Translations under genes and position numbers: made by a program
The notes under the pieces: model-generated
Database searches by the model: none
Told to the model about the DNA's origin: nothing
Seen by the model: the letters and a program-made list of their open reading frames with translations, nothing else
In this document: positions 13,866-25,412 of the stretch, one piece after another
Layout of the letters: every line of letters begins with the position of its first letter
Numbering within the stretch: the stretch's first letter is position 1
DNA from: Eledone cirrhosa
Lineage: Eukaryota
DNA: 64,000 nucleotides
Direction of reading: 5' to 3'
Assembly: GCA_964016885.1 (NCBI GenBank)
Contig: OZ024742.1
Span: forward strand, 297,104,001 to 297,168,000

Positions 13866-14682
13866 AAGTATAACAATATCTGATCCAACACTTATTTTCA
13901 GATAAGAAATCTTGCAAAAGAAATTCAAAAACAAAATAATAATAATTGTTTCTAATATAGTCACAAGGCCAGAAAATGGTCCCCATTGTGTGACAGGTAC
14001 TTTATGTTATGGTCACTAGAAGGGTAAAAGGCAAAAGTGACTGTCAGATGATTTGAACTCAGAATGTAAAGCGCTGCCACTAAATAATGATTTCTGATAT
14101 AGGCACAAGACTAGCAATTTAAAGGGGAGGGGAAAGGCAAAGCTAACCTTGGTGGTATTTGAACTCAGAACGTAAAGGGCTGTAACTCTATGCTGCAAAG
14201 CAGAGTGTTTGACTCTCTAGCCACTGCTAAATAATACAAAGTATTGAGTCTATCTGGCCTGGCCGATCATCAGAGACAGACTAACCATACATACATTTGG
14301 GCAATACACAGTTGGCTGCTGGGCTGGGTAAAACAAAAAGCTGAAAGATGTTGGATATTCAGACTGGTTTTAAGACCCATTCCAATTCTGCATGTCCCTG
14401 TAAATAATAGTCAGGAAGCTAGAAGTGTCTTTGTCCATGGGTGTTGAGAAAAGATCACAGAAAACTGTTACGGAAGAGAAAGCACTTTTTATTTAAATAC
14501 TAAAAATAAAGTAATTCAGTTGAAAGTTATGCACACACACACACACAAACACACACACATATATATATATATTAAGATGCTGTACCCTTACCTGACTCGC
14601 CTCATTGCATGACAACCCATCTAACCATATAACACATTTAACCATGGAATATGTACATTAAGCGATTAATATTGTCATTATT

Positions 14683-14840
14683 ATAATTGTTTCTACTTTT
14701 GGTACAAGGCCAGCAATTACTCAGTACATTACTGGTACTTTATTTTGGCAAGGTTAACCTCGGCGGGATTTGAGCTCAGACCATAAAGAGATGTAACTAT
14801 GCTGGAAAGCATGGCGCCCGACTCTCTACCGATACTGCTA
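14683..14840 (-). mobile_element. SINE family A
   Basis: Reverse complement of the 1147-1341 consensus; further copies at 13080-13177, 13940-14230, 17853-17940, 19477-19555, 49518-49620. Confidence 0.75.
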
Positions 14841-15129
14841 TATTATAATGATATATATATATATATATATATATCTCATCATCATCATCATAGTTTAACG
14901 TCTATCTTCCTTGCTAGTATGGGTTAGACAATGATATATATATATATAAAACAATGAACAATGCAGCAGTATTCTGTAAACTTATATCATTTAATCAATT
15001 ACACAATTGCTATTATGCACATTTCAATGTTATCAATTATGTATTTGATACAATCTTAATCTTATCAGATAGGCATTATCTAATTATTATTCCTACAATA
15101 TGTTCCAGGTGAATATGTCACCTTAAGCC

Positions 15130-16107
15130 CAGTAAACATGGGTTAGACGGGTTGTCCTGTTGTGGGCAGTGTCTGGTTGGCTGATCATGCCTTGCTCATA
15201 CAGGAACTGATTTGGGCTTGATTTCTACAGCTGGATGCCCTTCCTAACACCAACCTCATTTACAGTGAGTGCTGGGTGCTTTTTTTCCGTGGCATCTACA
15301 CATCCACTTTACAGTGTGGGCTGGGTGCTTTTTTGCCGTGGCACCTCCACGACCACTTTGCAGTGGGAGGGTGTGGGGCATATTGTCTATATGCTTCAGC
15401 TTGTACCCATGGGAGGTCGGGTACTCTGTATTACTGTGTGACGCCAGAGGTCACGGTCGTGTGTCATCACCTTTGAGAGGTGTAATTGGGTAAGGTCGGC
15501 TTTTATCACCTCATCCCAGGTCTTCTTGGGTCTCCCCCTCCGCGGTTTCCATTGACTTCTAGTGCTCTGCACCTTTTTATGCAGCTCTCATCCTTCATAC
15601 GCATCACATGTCCATACCAACGCAACAGCATTTGATTCCTCTTATGCTCAGTCTCTCTCTCAATTCATTTATGCTTTGCCGTTCGCGTATATTACTATTA
15701 CACATCCATCGGAGCATGCAGGCTTCGTTTCTTTATAATCTACATAAGTCTTCCACCTTCAGCGCCCAGGTCTCACTACCATGTAACATTGCTGTTCGGA
15801 TACACGCATCATACAGTCTGCCTTTCATTTTGAGAGAGAAGCCTTTTGCAGCTAGCAGTGGCAGTAGTTCCCTGAACTTCTTCCATCCCTTTCTTACCCT
15901 AGTTATTGTACTTTCTGAACACCCACCTCCGCTGCTAATTCGGTCACCTAGGTAACAGAAGCTGTCTACTGTTTCTACAGAGCCCTCCCAGAGATTGGTG
16001 GTACTTGTTTCCTGTGGCTGTTTGCTGCTTGCTGTCCCAGCACAGCTGCTACATGTGAAGCCTACATTCTTAATTAAGCTTCCTGAGATCCCGCTACATC
16101 TCTTGTG
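15130..16107 (-). mobile_element. 5'-truncated RTE-clade LINE
   Basis: VDSFCYLGDRIS..KGWKKFRELLPLL..GRLYDACIRTAMLHGSETW; highly similar to 35593-36705; 5' end abuts (TA)n. Confidence 0.9.
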
Positions 16108-16372
16108 TATATATATATATATATATATAAGTAGAAAATAACTATATGGTTTATACACACACACATATAAACACATACACATAAGGTTAACAGATGAAAA
16201 ACTCAATGTGTTTGTCTTTGCAGGCTGAATAGTGAGAAATGTCATTTAAGAGTAGAAGAAAAGTGGTATATTTAATGAAGAGTATATAGAACAAATTGAT
16301 ATGATAGATTAGAATACTTAAAACAGTTCAGTAAAACACTTAGCCTAGATAGACATAATAGAACAAATATTA

Positions 16373-16598
16373 ATAATAATTGTTTCGACTTTCTGCACAA
16401 GGCCGGCAATTTTGGGGAAGGAAAAAGACAATTAAATCGACCCCATTGCATTACTGGTGGTTTATTTTATCAACCCCGTAAGGCTGAAAGGCAAAGCTAA
16501 CCTCGGTGGGATTTGAACTCAGAATGTAAAGGGCCGTAAATCTATGGTGCAAAGCATGGTGTCCAACGCTCTGCCGATTCTGCTAATCCACCGCCCTT
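16373..16598 (-). mobile_element. SINE family A, full length
   Basis: Head AGGGCGGTGGATTAGCAGAATCGG, B-box GAGTTCAAATCCC, tail. Confidence 0.8.
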
Positions 16599-16929
16599 GC
16601 AATAATAAAAATAATGGTAATGATGAAGATAATAATAATTATAAGTTCTTTAATGGTGATAATGATAATAATGATAATAATTATATTGACACACTTTAGC
16701 CTGCCAAGGTAGGTTACATAGAGATGGTATCTCAATAAAAATACTTGTGCAAAGGAAAACACCATAATCCCCTCTCATGGAATCATGATGCAAAACATTA
16801 ATGAAATAATTAACAGTATGAATGAAGCTGAAATCAATTAGGGTGATGGTCTCTTGCTCGGCATGTTTGGAGCCCTCCTTAACAAAGGAAATTATCCATC
16901 CCTGAATGGTCGTTACAAAGCAAGAGATC

Positions 16930-17830
16930 ACACAAAAGATGTGCATGTAGCTAGAGAAATGTGATTAAGGGTGGTGTAAGCTACACTCATTGAATGTCAT
17001 GAAAGAGCAAAACTGGGGGAAGTTATGGAGTAGGGTAACATAGTTTTGACTTGGATAGAAAAGGTCATGTTTTCGACATCAGAAAGTAAACTAATGAATC
17101 AAATGAGTGTAATTAGGGTTGGTACACTGAGGTAGAAATATTTGAGATTAGTGATTGTTCAATAAAGAGAGATTAAAGTAGAAACTGAAGCCGTTTCTAC
17201 AGTTGAAGTCAGAGAGAAAAATAGACAACAGGAACAGGAAAATTATGATGAGACTGTTAGGACATATGAAAAGGAAGGTTATCGATTGAACCCTAGCAAT
17301 GCTGAGGATAGTTATACAAGTGGAGGGAGCCAATTGGTTGATGAATCACTTGCATTACAAAGATGGCTTACCGATTTGATGAATGCCCCCGAATAAAAAA
17401 CCCAAATGAATATGAGAACGATAGATAGCAGTATGGTGAATGAAATTACAGATAGATAAATGTCAAAAAGCTAGAAGATTAGATATGTCAAATAAGCAAT
17501 AAGCAGTTCTAGGAGAATAGATTGTTACAAAATAATCCAAAACAATTCTTCTGCCTTTTGGAAGGTGACAATGGAGTGGATGTTGTTCCTAACGCTAACC
17601 TGGTCAAGGAGTTGTGGAATGCCAAGTGAATAGAAACCATTGAGAGAGAGTTGCAAGGAGGAAATAGACTGAGAGACATTATCATAAGCACAGTTGATGT
17701 GAAGGATCAAGTGGTCAAGGTACCAAACTGGAGAGCTTCTGGTCTAAATGGGATCCTTGGCTTTGGGTTGAAGTGATGCAGTGTGGTTCATGAAATACTT
17801 GGAAAATCAATTGAATGAATGTGTCCAGAA
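16930..17830 (+). pseudogene. Degenerate R4/Dong-like LINE, N-terminal part
   Basis: Hand translation: SKLMNQMSVIR.., ENRLLQNNPKQFF, PNWRASGLNGILGFGLK (compare the NWKAPGPDGI..FWLK pre-RT motif); many stops. Confidence 0.55.
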
Positions 17831-18092
17831 CAATAATGAGAACAATAATGCTTATAATTGTTTCTACTTTTTGGCACAAGGCCAGCAATTACCCAGTGCA
17901 TTACTGGTACTTTATTTTATCGACCCCGTAAGGATGAAAGAGAAGTAAGGGGAAAGCCAAATGTATGACTTTTTATGGGTCTGACCAAATCAAATCAAAT
18001 TTTACAAGGTATAGTATTAAACCCCGGGATTAGCAACATGTAATTTTTATTTTCATTTGGATTAAAACAATATAACATTTTATCTAAAGTTA

Positions 18093-18256
18093 TCTACTAT
18101 AGACTGTAAGTAAATGGACATTTTATAACACGATAATGACGTCACATTTTGTATATAAGTGTGTATGTGTCTGTGTGTTTGCCTGTTTGTTACATACATT
18201 AGTTACATACACATACATCTTCATGTAAATATTTAAGCAGATACACAGAGAGTTAG

Positions 18257-18290
<34 letters not shown>

Positions 18291-18726
18291 TGATGACTGA
18301 CAATATATGTGTGTGACTTATGTGAAGTTGAATTTAAGAAGCTTCAGTTTCCAATCAAACTATGTTTTGTTATTTCAATTAACAAATCTCAGGATCAATC
18401 CCTCAAGGTAGTTGAACTTGATCTGTCTGCCACGTTTTTCCCACGGTCAACTCTATGTTGATTGTTCACGAGTTGGAAGCAGCAACAATTTATTCATTTG
18501 GACACCAATAAAAAATTATACAATAAATATTGTTTACCCTGAGGTGCTTCAAGATTAACAGATTTTCATTTCTAAATTCTATTATCATTACAATTTTGAT
18601 ATTTAAAAAAAAAATATATATATATTTTGAAATAATTATGAGAAAGATAATATATCTTCATATTTATTGTTTAGTAATCTGAATAAGAAAAGCGGTAACC
18701 TGGGCAAAGCCAGGTCATTCAGCTAG
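18093..18726 (+). mobile_element. Internally deleted Helitron: PIF1-helicase C-terminal remnant + 3' hairpin/CTAG
   Basis: 18345-18550: QFPIKLCFVISINKSQDQSL..HGQLYVDCSRVG..NIVYPEVL (one frameshift); hairpin ACCTGG-6nt-CCAGGT at 18698-18715, CTAG|T at 18723-18727; 5' A|TC at 18093 is tentative. Confidence 0.8.
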
Positions 18727-19600
18727 TCGATTTATAAAAAAAAGTACTAAAGACTTCCTTAACACTATGAAATGCTGCATCAAAATAATCCATACATTGC
18801 CAGTGATCACTTAGTCACTAACGAATATTTTATTGTATGTGTTTTTAAAGCAGTGTATTTCTGTGTCTATGTATCCACTCCTGAGTTGACTAATAATAAA
18901 TTTGAGTTTGCCTACTTTTTTGTTTTATATAAAATCACTATCAAAATATTACATCTCCCCTGTGTGAATAAAATCCTTTCGTGTGTCGTAGCTTTGTGTC
19001 GTTTGTTTATATACACTTTTGAATAAGTAAACATTTATATCTCGCATTTTTTTTTATTTATTATTGACTTGGATTCGATAATAAAAGCAAAGCAACTAGT
19101 TATCCGTTTGATACAATCGCAATTTCAAGATGAAACACGTAGAATAGCAGTTCGCAGATTTTTCATTGCACATAAAGACGAGTTTTTAAATCTCTTTAAC
19201 TATCTTGATGTCGTTTTCTATAACTTGTTGCTGGCGTCGCTTTTCCATATACATGAATATGGAAATAAGGTTTGTTGAAATGGAAATGAGAATATATTTG
19301 TTTCAAACATTGATATAATGTATCACATTAAAGTATTTTTTATGTGAAAGAAAAGAGAACAGGTAAAAGCAAACATTTTATTCGTTTCAATTTACTTAAT
19401 GATCTTTAGAACTGATGGCATGTTACTGTATGGAAAATAGAAGCGTTGCTGTAATATTTTTGACTAGAATATAGTCTAATAATTGTTTCTACTTTTGGCA
19501 CAAGGCCAGCAAAATTACCCAGTGCATTACTGGTACTTTATTTTATAGACCCCGAAACTTCTATTTCAATTCTAAACTTCACTCACACCGTTCCAAATAT

Positions 19601-19904
<304 letters not shown>

Positions 19905-20112
19905 GATATTAATAAATGGAAACTATATTTATAAAACCATATTTATTTCATTATACAGGGATACCAAATTAAATTATGGTATGCCTTCATCGGACAAAAT
20001 ACAATATATAACAGTTTTACAAATAAGCTTTGACGTACCCTATTAAAATGCAACCATTATTTTTGGAAGCCATCCGGATAGTGAGTTGTTTATATTATTT
20101 TAATAAGTCATA

Positions 20113-21984
20113 GTGTTAAGGACAATTAGAAAAAGACGGAGAGAAAGAAACGACCTTATATTGAAAGAACTAAGGAAAAAGTACAAGGTAGCAAATAAGG
20201 ACGAACTTGATAAACTGAATACAGATGCATCTTGTATAATGCATGAATTAGACATTGAGAATAAAACACAACCCTTCATGCCTAGGAAACCTAAGATCAA
20301 TATGAAGGATCACAAAAGAAACTTTGAAAATGATTTACCAGTCAGATTAATTGCACCATCTAAATCTGACCTGGGAAAACTTAGCAAAAATATTCTAGAC
20401 AGGGTAATACAACAAATTAAAAACTTACCTAATTTATCTTACTTAAAATTATGGAAAGGTACTAGTGAGGTTATCGATTGGTTTAAAGAAATTAAATATA
20501 ACTATGATCATAAGTTTATTCAGCTGGATATTACTAACTACTATTCATCTATCACTCCTAATCTACTGAATAAGGCACTAAATTACGCATTTAAACATAC
20601 AGACCTAACTAGCAATGAAATGCACATTATATTATCGGCAAGGAAAACATTGATAGAATTTAATAACCAACTCTGGACTAGGGCAGATAGAAATAATAAT
20701 TTCGACATAACTATGGGATCATCAGACTCAGCTCAGGTAACGGACCTTGTGGGCCTATTTATAATTAATTCGCTACATAGAAAAATACCAGGTGTAACCG
20801 GAGGCTTATATCGTGATGATATGCTTTTACTTATACAAAATAATAGCTGTGAACTAAATAGAAAAAGAAAACAAATTATACAATTTTTTAATTACCTTAA
20901 CCTAAAAGTAGAAATAGAGAATAACCATAAAATAGTCAATTTTCTTGACGTAACACTAAATCTCAACACATGTGTTCATTATCCATTTCATAAACTAAAT
21001 GAGAACTTGAATTATGTTAATTTTAACTCTAATCACCCCAGATCTGTTAAAAATACTATAGTGAACTCTGTTCAAGAAAGAATAAAAAAAATTTCATCTA
21101 ATAAAATTATATTTGATGAAAAAGCGCAGTACTACAACGAAGCGTTAGGTAGAGCTGGATATAGAAATAAAATTAAATACATTGATAATAATAATAATAA
21201 GCAAACTAACCAAAATAATAACAATTTTAATTATGGTAACAAGTTTAACAACTATAATAGAAAACATTACAATAATTCCAAAAGCCGAAAAAGAAATAGA
21301 ACTAGAAATATATTATGGGTTGCTCCCCCTTTCTCACTAAATATTAAAACCCCTATTGCTAAACTATTCTTTAAAGCTCTTGACAAACGCTTCCCTAGAA
21401 CACATAAATATTACTCAATTTTTAATAGATACACTATAAAATTAACTTACTCGTCCACCAAAAATTTAGCACAAAATATTAATAGAATTAATAATAGAAA
21501 TTTAAAACCTAACCAAAATACCAATAATAACCCAAGCAATATTCAATTGAATAACTGTAACTGTAGAAATAAATCTAACTGTCCGTTAAATAACAACTGC
21601 TTAGCTAAAAATGTAGTGTACAATTGTAATGTTAAAACTAATTTAAATTCATTTAACTATGTTGGTTCTACCTCTACAGAATTTAAATTTCGCTTCAATA
21701 ACCATAAAAATTCTTTCACAGATCCAAACAAAAAATCTTCAACTTCGCTATCTAGCCTACTATGGGACCTAAAACGAGATAATGTTAAATATTCGATGAC
21801 TTGGAATATTATTTCATAAGGTACTCCTTTTAATTCCTCTTCAGAAAATTGTGATCTTTGTATTGAAGAAATATTCTTTATATTAAAGTCCAAAAATTCC
21901 CTTAATTTAAGGAACAATTTATTCAGTTGCTGCAGACATAGATTGAACTCAACGTTTAAATATAAATATAAATTTAAAATGTAG
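20113..21984 (+). CDS. PLE reverse transcriptase + GIY-YIG endonuclease; N-truncated, one in-frame TAA at 21817-21819
   Basis: KDHK..RLIAP, LDITNYYSSI, TMGS, LYRDD, NFLDV, SNHP; CNC..CPL..C, VVY..YVGST..RFNNH; frame continues after the stop as GTPFN..CDLCIEE..CCRHR to TAG at 21984. Confidence 0.92.
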
Positions 21985-22473
21985 TATAATTAATTAAGTA
22001 ATTTAGTTAATATATGAAACTTGTCGATAAATCATTAGATTCCTTCACCTTTTTCTTTTTAAACTTTCTTCCTAAATATAAACATAGATATAATAAACTA
22101 CTCTAAAATGTCTATACTTCCAATGTCTTAAATAAAATATACGTAAGATAAATTTCTATACTAAATATAAGGATATCTGTAGAATCCTTGGGTTTTTTAA
22201 ATCTTTTAAATTTTTAAATTTTTAAATTTTTTTAAACTTTTTTAAATTTTTTAAATTTTTAAATTTTTAAATTTTTAAATTATATTGATATAATATTTAT
22301 TTAACTCTTATTTTTATTTTTATTTTTATTTTTATTTATTTTAGTTTTGTTTTGATTCTGATAGCTTCTCATAATTTCCCATAAGTCTACCCTTTCAATA
22401 TCTAGATTGAAATATACCTAGGATAAATTTCTATACTAAATATATGAAACATATTATTTTAACTTAAGATACT

Positions 22474-22987
22474 CTAGTATTTCAGTATGCATATGTAGAT
22501 GTACATTTTTAACTTAATTGTTTAAGCGTCAGTCATACAAAAGTGAGTTACAAACGAAACGAAATTTAATTTCGTTTCGTTATTTGTTTTTATCGTCTCC
22601 GCTGAACCGGTGCGTACTCACACTCTATGCAAATTAGTCTGCCCACTACTAATTTTCATAGAAAAAGCATATAACGATATGTGCTTTTACAATTCTCCAG
22701 AAAGGCCGGTAGATAGGTAAATATTGCTGATGAGTTGTAACAACAACGAAACTAGTTCAATATTCCTTGTCTGGCTTTCTGGAGAATAGGGGGAAGGTGT
22801 TCCCCCAAAAACCAGTATGACTCTAAAAACCGGTTTGTCTGTGTGTTTACATACAGAATAGCTGGGCCGCTCACTGTAAAGCGACCAGTGAAAGACTTGG
22901 TACACCTACATATGTATACGTGTGTGTATTCATATACACACTAGTATTTCAGTATGCATATGTAGATGTACATTTTTAACTTAATTG
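22474..22987 (+). mobile_element. Retrozyme-like HHR unit, copy 1 (467-nt unit + 47-nt terminal redundancy)
   Basis: Identical 47-mers at 22474-22520 and 22941-22987; octamer at 22627-22634; HHR at 22720-22764; several hairpins; homology to 27160-27570. Confidence 0.75.
22720..22764 (+). ncRNA. Type I hammerhead ribozyme
   Basis: AATATTG-CTGATGA-GTTGT(AACA)ACAAC-GAAA-CTAG-TT-CAATATT; stem I extended by TTCTCCAGAAAG/CTTTCTGGAGAA. Confidence 0.9.
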
Positions 22988-23631
22988 ATATTTGATTATC
23001 TCTATACAAATGTGTATGTGTATTAACATGCATATAAAAGTGTTATAGGTTTTTTATGATTGTATATATGTCTATGTATACATAAGCGATGCGGGAAGAC
23101 GCAAGCAAATATTTATTTATACATATATATGTGTATATATATATATGTATATCTATGTGTGGGTAAGAGATATGTTGCTTAACCACGCAGTTTTGATTGC
23201 AGATATGCATAATTTTAACAGAATGTTAAATGCATGAATGGTAATCGTATATATGAAGACAGGAATGTTAATCGTATATATTTATGTATATATACTGTGA
23301 ACTTTTTTATAACACAAGGAATGTATAGCAGTGATTAAGAGAAATCGTCTGCGTTTTATATGTCTATATTGTTGACTTGAGTAAATATATATATATATAT
23401 CTTTTTTCACCATGCATCTCTCTCTCTCTCAGATACTTCTCCACGATTTTTTCACGATTTTTTATTTCTCTCTCTCCGTCTTTTTCTTTCTCTCCGTCTT
23501 TTTCTAATTCTCCTTAACACTATGACTTATTAAAATAATATAAACAACTCACTATCCGGATAGCTTCCAAAAATAATGGTTGCATTTTAATAGGGTACGT
23601 CAAAGCTTATTTGTAAAACTGTTATATATTG

Positions 23632-23696
23632 TATTTTGTCTGATGAAGGCATACCATAATTTAATTTGGTATCCCTGAAATATGTATAATGAAATA
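23632..23696 (+). ncRNA. Minimal type I hammerhead in PLE pLTR
   Basis: TATTTTGT-CTGATGA-AGGCATACCA..TGGTATCCCT-GAAA-TATGTA-TA-ATGAAATA. Confidence 0.8.
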
Positions 23697-23824
23697 AATA
23701 TGGTTTTATAAATATAGTTTCCATTTATTAATATCGTATATCTACTCCAAATACTTGTCGAGTGCTTTATATCAGTTATAAAAATATTTACTTGTTGTAT
23801 CCCAACAATTTTAAATAGAACTTT

Positions 23825-23865
<41 letters not shown>

Positions 23866-23873
<8 letters not shown>

Positions 23874-24222
23874 GTGAGGTTTTTTTTTACAAAATGAAAA
23901 ATAACCGAGGTGTCCTACACGAGTGGAAGTATAAAGAAAAAGGGATGAAATCGAAAATGCAACTGAAGTCTTATTTTTTTTTTAAATATATATATTTATT
24001 TGGTTCCTTTACCGGTTTCGCAGTTCTTCTGCTTTTCAAAAGGTGAGTTGAGATGGAGGGTCTGTGGTTTTTCTCACAGATGTGAGAAAAACCACAGACC
24101 CTCCATCTCAACTCACCTTTTGAAAAGCAGAAGAACTGCGAAACCGGTAAAGGAACCAAATAAATATATATATTTTTTAAAAAAATAAGACTTCAGTTGC
24201 ATTTTCGATTTCATCCCTTTTT

Positions 24223-24228
<6 letters not shown>
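23866..24228. mobile_element. Fold-back solo pLTR of the Neptune-like PLE family (~300-bp palindrome)
   Basis: 23930-24228 near-perfect inverted repeat centred ~24079; arms homologous to 29620-29821; (TA)n on both sides. Confidence 0.85.
24116..24153 (+). ncRNA. Minimal hammerhead, U3-A8 core variant (mirror copy 24006-24043 on -)
   Basis: CCTT-TTGAAAA-GCAG(AAGAA)CTGC-GAAA-CCGG-TA-AAGG. Confidence 0.75.
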
Positions 24229-24321
<93 letters not shown>

Positions 24322-24564
24322 GATATTAAATAAATGGAAACTATATTTATAAATTTCGTTTCTGAATTTGTTTAGCAAGATTCTTTATCTGAAAACGTGT
24401 GTTGAAACCGATATTGTTATACTTTGGGAGGGTCATGTTGCCAATAAGAAACACACGCACCAGTTGCTTTCACTTCAATTTATTATAATAAATTTATAAA
24501 TTTAGGAATTTATAAATTTCCGGTTGGTTGGTTGGTTCCACAACCAGATGGTTGTTTATATATT

Positions 24565-24607
24565 GTCAAAGTTCTTTCGTCACACATTCTGTGACCTCTT
24601 CAGTGAC
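24565..24607 (-). ncRNA. Minimal hammerhead in pLTR-like repeat 24350-24650
   Basis: GTCA-CTGAAGA-G-GTCACAGAATGTGTGAC-GAAA-GAAC-TT-TGAC on -. Confidence 0.75.
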
Positions 24608-25269
24608 TGGGGATTCTTTTCTTTGTTTTTTGTGCCTCTCCTTTGTTCTGTCCTACGCCATCTTGTTTTTAAAAACAATGAATGAATGAAACAGAAGCCT
24701 TTTCTATATTAAAAAGATATATATATATATCTTCTCTTTTCTTCGCCCACTTATTATTGAGAGGGTTGTGGGGGTGAGACCAGCCACACTCATGGATGTT
24801 ATCCAACCATACCATCTTGCTCGGGGTCTCCTACACATAAAATATGTCCTGCGTTTCTTTCCTGAGGCATTCTAACCACATGCCCATAGTATCTGAGCTG
24901 GGATCTCTCAATTCGGAGAAGTAGCAGCTCTACCTGGAGTGACTCTCTGATCATCATCACTTCTCTCAACAGGTAGGTACACCGTACGCATCATCTCTGT
25001 CTTCTTATCCTTAACTATTTCCTTTCACCAACCTTATCTTTCTGCTTTCCCTTACAACAGCTATTTATCTTGTGCAATTTCACAAACAAATTTTCTATAT
25101 TCTATTTAGAATTTTTATTTCGTGTAATATCGTATTGTTAATATCGTATTGTCACATCTCAATTAATGTATTCTAGCTGCTTTCGAAGAAAAGAAAATGA
25201 CCCCCTCCCCTCCAACACTCCAAATAACAAATGTTCATTGATAATTATTTCTTTTTTTTTGTTTTTTAG

Positions 25270-25400
25270 TGTTCTGCCAGACTCAGGGTTATTTACTCGA
25301 GTAAATGTCACCGGAATCGAACTACTAAATTTTATAAAGAAAAGGATAAGATATTTTTACATAACACCATATCGAATGAGAGTTAATTCCCATTACAAAG
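25270..25400 (+). CDS. Candidate internal exon of an unknown host gene
   Basis: Polypyrimidine tract + TAG at 25269, AAAG|GTAATG at 25400, open frame VLPDSGLFTRVNVTGIELLNF..SHYK; no recognised homology. Confidence 0.3.
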
Positions 25401-25412
25401 GTAATGATAAAA

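Larger units (their letters stand above)
19903..23828 (+). mobile_element. Penelope-like retroelement (C-terminal EN), 5'-truncated, with inverted partial pLTR at 5' end and pLTR at 3' end
   Basis: 19903-20122 is the reverse complement of 23511-23737; RT + GIY-YIG ORF; HHR in pLTR; (TA)n on both flanks. Confidence 0.92.

Noticed and set aside
21817-21819. Programmed readthrough or selenocysteine in the PLE ORF
   Set aside because: The stop is TAA, and the homologue at 2809 has Lys at this position; a simple nonsense mutation is more likely
23971-24188. Twin 62-aa ORFs on opposite strands
   Set aside because: Consequence of the palindrome; non-ATG starts, pLTR sequence
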